DNA from: Verrucomicrobiota bacterium
Lineage (GTDB): Bacteria; Verrucomicrobiota; Verrucomicrobiia; Limisphaerales; AAA164-E04
DNA length: 64,000 nt
Assembly (NCBI GenBank): GCA_047947115.1
Contig: CP170459.1
Span: 2,304,001-2,368,000, forward strand
Direction: 5' to 3'
Shown here: positions 59,324 to 64,000 of the stretch, in pieces
Numbering within the stretch: the first letter of the stretch is position 1
Layout of the letters: every line of letters starts with the position of its first letter
The notes under the pieces: generated by a model
Databases searched by the model: none
The model's input: only the letters and a program-made list of their open reading frames with translations
What the model was told of the DNA's origin: nothing
Made by a program: the position numbers and the translations under genes

Positions 59324-61024
59324 ATGAATCTTTATGACAAAGGTGTTCGATCAGGTGTGTCGGCTTTTATCATTGCAATCGGGATATTCGGGTGTTTGCC
59401 AAATGATGCACTTGGAGATGATCTTGAGACCTCCATTGACGCGTTGTTGAGCCGGTTTGATCGTTCGGATGCACCGGGCCTGGCGGTAGGGGTGGTCAAG
59501 GAGGGGGGGATTCTTTATGCCAAAGGCTGGGGGATGGCTGATTTGGAACACGCCATTCCGCTGACCCCGGATTCGGTTTTCGATATCGCCTCGGTTTCCA
59601 AACAATTCGCAGGACTGGCAATCGCCATGCTGGAGGATGAGGGGAAGCTCATGATCACCGATCCAATCAGGGATCATGTGAGTGGACTTCCGGAGGTGTT
59701 TGCACCGGTTCAATTGCTTCATTTATTGCATCACACGAGTGGAATCCGCGATTGGCCGGGGGCATTGGTGTTGGGAGGGTGCAGGTTTGATGATGTGATC
59801 ACGTTTCAGGACATCCTGGCTTTGGCAAGGCGTCAGGAAGCCTTGAGTTTTGTTCCCGGTGAAATGTATTCCTATTCCAATACGGGTTACAATCTGTTGG
59901 CTCGAACTGTTGAGACGGTGACGGGCACGGATTTTTCGGATTGGATGCAGGCCCGAGTGTTTCTCCCCCTTGAAATGACCAGCACACACTTTTACAAAGA
60001 TCATAACGCAGTGGTTGAAAACCGTGTTCGCTCCTATACCGGATCCTTTGACGGTCCGTTTCAGAACGTGGGAGATCAATTGACAGCATTGGGTTCGAGC
60101 TCGCTTTATTCAAGCGTCAACGATCTGCTGAAATGGATCATCCATTTTGATCAACCCACGATTACTGCTGCATCCGTAATCGATAAAATCATGACACCGG
60201 GTCGATTGAACAGCGGTCAATCGGCTCAGTACGGCTACGGACTGGGTGTCGGGCATTTTCGGGGGGCATTACGCATTTCACACAGCGGTGGGTGGGCCGG
60301 GTTTCGAACCTATCTTTTATACTATCCTCGTTTCAATATCGGAGTCGTCGTGCTGAGTAACTGGGGAGGCGCGAACGTGTCGGAATTGGCGGATCAGGTG
60401 GCTGCTGAAGTGGTGCAAGGTCAATGGCCTTCACCATCGAATGATCCCGTTGATGAGGCCGTGGTGGGGGCAGGCTAACGGTTGGATGTGCAAACCAACT
60501 GGTTGGGTGACTATTTTATCAACAACAATCCCTCATCGAAGGTGAAATTGTTCAGGCGGAACGGGCGCTTATGGGTTCAATTGCCGAATGACCATGGTTA
60601 TTCGTTAAAGACTGGAGCTTATGATGTCTTTTACAGTGCTGATCGCAGCATTAAAATTCTTGGGAGTCAGGGTCCCAACGGCTGGCCGCGTTCCTTATGG
60701 GTGAAAACACCTGATTGGACAGGAACGGCAAAGGAAGGGCCTGTTCAGGCTTTTGAGGACGGGGAGGGGGAGACGTATGAGGGGGTGTATGAGTCCAGTG
60801 AATTGTTGACAAATTATCACGTTCAATTTGAAGAGGGAGAACTTGTTGTCCGGCATCATCGTCATGATCCCGTGCGGTTGTCTCGGTTTGGGAAAGATCG
60901 TTTTACGTCGGGTACCTGGTATTGGAGTCGGGTTGATTTTGACCGGGACTTTCAAGGAGAGGTTACGGCCTTGAGAGTGTCGCAAAGCCGCAACCGAAAC
61001 ATGTTGTTTCGCAAGGTTAGGTGA
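59324..61024 (+). pseudogene. Beta-lactamase-family serine hydrolase split by an in-frame TAA at 60476-60478
   Basis: SVSK, YSN and HSG motifs in the first part; ORF 60482-61024 continues in the same frame with C-terminal accessory domains. Confidence 0.75.
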
Positions 61025-61045
61025 ACATTCCTTCGTCTTAAGACG

Positions 61046-61081
61046 TTCACGCCCGCTGCGCATGAGGCGCAGGGGCGTGAA
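61046..61081. terminator. Hairpin between convergent genes
   Basis: TTCACGCCC-G-CTGCGC...GCGCAG-GGGCGTGAA stem. Confidence 0.6.
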
Positions 61082-61137
61082 GGCTTGATCGAGATTTTAT
61101 TTGGGTAATCGTCACAGCTCAATAGTAGCTGCAGACT

Positions 61138-62322
61138 TCATTTATTTTTGCGGAAGAGCCCGCCTTTCTTCTTTTTGTCGTTTTCGATGTCCTCCTCCTT
61201 TTTCAGCCCTTCGACATCTCCGACGAATTGATCCAGTTCTTCCTCGGTGAACGCTTTGCTGGGGAGCTGGGAGTTCTTGGATTCGAGAGCCGTCATTTCA
61301 CCCAACTGGCGAGGATCCTGAACGATATAGGGTGTCAGGAAAATCAAGAGTTCCGTTTTGGTGTCCTCCTTTACTTTGCGACTGAAAGCCCATCCCAGAA
61401 TGGGGATATCGCCCAGAATCGGCACCTTGCGTTTGCTTTCGATTTTATTTTTCTCCATCAAACCCCCGATGATGACCGTGCGGCCATGTGGAGTGACCAC
61501 CACGGTTTCCGCCGCTCTTTTGGCGAAAACAGGAGCTTCAACGCCATCTGAAATCGTGACGCGTTCGTCGGTGATGGTTGAGATTTCGGGCGCAACGATC
61601 ATTTCCACCATGCCGTCCTGGGTAATGAACGGAGTCACACGCAAGATAATCCCGATGTCACGGTAGGTGACGGTGTTGACCTGCTGGCCACCCTGCAGAA
61701 AGTTGACATTGTCGATAAAGGGAACGGTTTGACCGACGGTGATGATGGCTTCCTGGTTGTTGCGGGCGAGAATGGATGGTCGGGACAGAACTTCGACCTT
61801 ACCTGCTTCAGAAATGGCTCGCAATGTGACGTTGAAATCGGAGTCCAGCAATTGGTAAAGACCACCTTGTCCGGGGGTGGCGAGACCGAAGGCCGATTGC
61901 ACGATGTTGGTCGTTGAGCCGGACACTTTATTCCAGGCCCCTTCCATGCCGACATCCAGATCATCCCGATGGGTGACTTCCATGAAGACCACCTTGATGA
62001 GTACCTGAGGCTTGGGGCGGTCCAATGTTTTCAGTACCTGGTCAATCTGCAGGTTGGTGTCTTCGTCCGTGATGACGATCACGGAGCGGGTTTCAGGATC
62101 CACTTCGATCAGGGCTTCGCCGACCTGGGTGGCGTTTTGATACTGTCGGGTCTGCTGATTCCCCAAACCACCGCCGAACCCTCCAAACTGGGCATGTAAC
62201 GAAACCAGTCCGGTAGTCAGTAATGCGACGATGGCGGTGGTGATCCACCCTTTCCCTGTGATGCAATCAAAACCCTCTGCCTGAGGGGGAGTGTTGTTGT
62301 CTTTCAATAAATTCATTCTCAA
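61138..62322 (-). CDS. Secretin (GspD-like) core protein: one N3-like repeat plus the secretin domain
   Basis: LDRPKPQVLIKV, VLSRPSILARNNQEA, YRDIGIILRVTP, IIGGL, KVPILGDIPILG, TELLIFLTP. Confidence 0.9.
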   Translation of the reverse strand: MRMNLLKDNNTPPQAEGFDCITGKGWITTAIVALLTTGLVSLHAQFGGFGGGLGNQQTRQYQNATQVGEALIEVDPETRSVIVITDEDTNLQIDQVLKTLDRPKPQVLIKVVFMEVTHRDDLDVGMEGAWNKVSGSTTNIVQSAFGLATPGQGGLYQLLDSDFNVTLRAISEAGKVEVLSRPSILARNNQEAIITVGQTVPFIDNVNFLQGGQQVNTVTYRDIGIILRVTPFITQDGMVEMIVAPEISTITDERVTISDGVEAPVFAKRAAETVVVTPHGRTVIIGGLMEKNKIESKRKVPILGDIPILGWAFSRKVKEDTKTELLIFLTPYIVQDPRQLGEMTALESKNSQLPSKAFTEEELDQFVGDVEGLKKEEDIENDKKKKGGLFRKNK

Positions 62323-62366
62323 TTCCTCTGTCGTTTTAAGACTCGACCAAACCGTTCAGGGTTGGA

Positions 62367-63893
62367 TCAATTGTTTCCCTGACCGCCGCCCAGACCGAAG
62401 TTTTGTTGATTGACGGAGCGATTGTTCAGCGGATTGTTGTTGTTGTTGCCGCTTCGGTTGGCGTTGTTTCGGTTGTTGATGTTACTGCTTTGTGATTCGA
62501 ACATGCCACGCAGAATGGTGGCCACATTGTCGACATCGGCGTTGTCCAGAGAGTAAACATAGACTTTTTGTTTCTTCGAAGAATCGGAATCAAGTTGCTC
62601 GATCATGCGCTCGATCTGATCCATCAGGTTGGCTGCTGCCGTGACAATGAGCGCATTGGTGCGGGGGTCGGCCACCGCGGTCACGGTGGTCATCGCTTGA
62701 GCACGGGAACTTTCAGTGGTATTCGGGGTGCTGCCTCCCCGGCTGCTGCCAAAGCCACCGCCAAACGCCGAACGTCCGAAACGGAAGCCCCCACGTGATT
62801 GGTTGTTGTTGTTGCTCTGGCCGTTCGCATCGAAGAGGTCGGAGAGAATTTGTGACATCTCGTAGGCATCGGCGTGCTTGAGCGGGAACACCCTCAGTTC
62901 GGTAATGTCGTCCACGTTCTGATCAATTTCTGATACAAGTTGATCGATCGTTGGCATGTATTCTTCGGGCGCACTCACGACGAGTGCATTGGCTCGTTCA
63001 TCGGCCACCGCCACCACACGGGATGCAGCCTGCAACGCTTCGCTGTCGCCATCACCTCCACGACTTGATCCACGACCGGAATCGCCCCCTCGATCACCAC
63101 CCCCAAACCGTCCTGGAAACCCGCCGAAACCTCCGCGACTGCTGCCACGGGAGCTGTTGCGAGAATTGCTCTGAGGCGTTTCGAAGAGATCCTTCACTAT
63201 CTTGGCCAGTTCCGTGGCGTCGGAGTAGCGCAGGGGGTATACCTTGATTTGGGATATTCCTGAAATGCTAGTGTCCAGTGCACGGATGATTTCCGCGACA
63301 CGGCGAATGCTGTTTTCTGTTCCGGTCAATACGATGGCGTTGCTGCTTTCGTTGGCGGTCATGCTGGCTTCGCTTGGAAGAAGCGGTTCCAGGTTTTGAA
63401 TCAGATCGACAGCTCCGGTGTAGCGTACCGGGATGATCTGGGTGACCATGCGGTCCGATTGAGGGATTTCGGCGGGATCGTTGCCGCTGCGCACTGGGAT
63501 GTTTTCCTTGTGGGCATCACTTTTGGCCACGATCTTCAGTGTGTTGCCTACTCTGACGGCGGTGTAACCTTTTTCGATCAGGATGGAATCCAGAAGCGAA
63601 ACCGCCTCGGCTTTGCTGAGTGGTTTGTTGTTCCAAACACTCACCGTGCCCGACACATCCACTTCGGCAATGATGGCGAAACCGGCGGCTTCGCTCATGT
63701 AATCCAGCACCATTTCTAGTGGGACATTCCGAAAGTTCATGCGCAGACCTTCTCCGGCGGGTTCTTCGCTGGCGGGAGTTGTGGTATTTGTGAGGGGCTC
63801 CGCGTTTTGAGCGAGCAGGATGCCACTGTTCAAAAGCAGGCAGCAGCAGAAAGCCCAGTGAAGGGCAAATGGGTGTGTTTTGGTTGTTTTCAT
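62367..63893 (-). CDS. Secretin N-terminal domain protein (N0 plus Secretin_N repeats, no beta-barrel)
   Basis: Signal peptide, LRMNFRNVPL (N0), TQIIPVRY, ADERANALVV, ADPRTNALIV; ends in a Gly/Asn-rich tail. Confidence 0.88.
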   Translation of the reverse strand: MKTTKTHPFALHWAFCCCLLLNSGILLAQNAEPLTNTTTPASEEPAGEGLRMNFRNVPLEMVLDYMSEAAGFAIIAEVDVSGTVSVWNNKPLSKAEAVSLLDSILIEKGYTAVRVGNTLKIVAKSDAHKENIPVRSGNDPAEIPQSDRMVTQIIPVRYTGAVDLIQNLEPLLPSEASMTANESSNAIVLTGTENSIRRVAEIIRALDTSISGISQIKVYPLRYSDATELAKIVKDLFETPQSNSRNSSRGSSRGGFGGFPGRFGGGDRGGDSGRGSSRGGDGDSEALQAASRVVAVADERANALVVSAPEEYMPTIDQLVSEIDQNVDDITELRVFPLKHADAYEMSQILSDLFDANGQSNNNNQSRGGFRFGRSAFGGGFGSSRGGSTPNTTESSRAQAMTTVTAVADPRTNALIVTAAANLMDQIERMIEQLDSDSSKKQKVYVYSLDNADVDNVATILRGMFESQSSNINNRNNANRSGNNNNNPLNNRSVNQQNFGLGGGQGNN

Positions 63894-64000
63894 TGTCCCT
63901 GAGATTGTCTTCTACGTTCCATCATTTGTTTTATAATATCGTTGGCTTCCAGATCGGCTGCCGGTGCGTCTTTCCCGGAAACCTCGTTTTCGGAACCAAC
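63890..64000 (-). CDS. 3' end of an upstream gene (probable T2SS accessory protein), partial
   Basis: Frame ...DLEANDIIKQMMERRRQSQGQ* ends in a TGA overlapping the ATG at 63893. Confidence 0.65.
   Translation of the reverse strand, partial: VGSENEVSGKDAPAADLEANDIIKQMMERRRQSQGQ

Overview
Bacterial chromosomal window, probably from a Verrucomicrobiota/PVC-type organism (inferred from gene content and protein style, not from a database search). Left half (1-35.5 kb) is core metabolism: ilvH-ilvC, an APC permease, secG-tpiA-pgk, sua5 and a complex I operon nuoB-N. The nuo operon lacks nuoA and is interrupted by an antisense tRNA-Gln. It is followed by tRNA-Cys, a complete alternative complex III operon (actABCDEFG) and an unusual oxidase-like module, then ispF. 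In that module, the CcoN-like protein has lost all six heme/Cu histidines, the CcoO-like cytochrome carries an inserted ribosomal L7/L12 C-terminal-like domain, and a monoheme cytochrome c follows. Right half (36-61 kb) is accessory. It opens with tRNA-Sec, a tyrosine integrase and an AT-rich decayed island holding origin-like inverted iterons and repeated sRNA-like hairpin modules. After that come a truncated Ser/Thr kinase, a ~450-bp imperfect palindrome, hydrolases (esterase, sulfatase, PhoD, sialidase-like, a nonsense-split serine hydrolase), a uvsE-tspO-SRPBCC operon, an IS4 element inside a ThuA-like gene and a 5'-truncated CotH gene. A RAYT (TnpA-REP) gene is embedded in a 104-bp BIME array whose GTAG-REPs are also scattered through the window. 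The window ends in a type II secretion locus whose secretin is split over two genes. All calls are by eye from the sequence and the ORF track; no searches were run.
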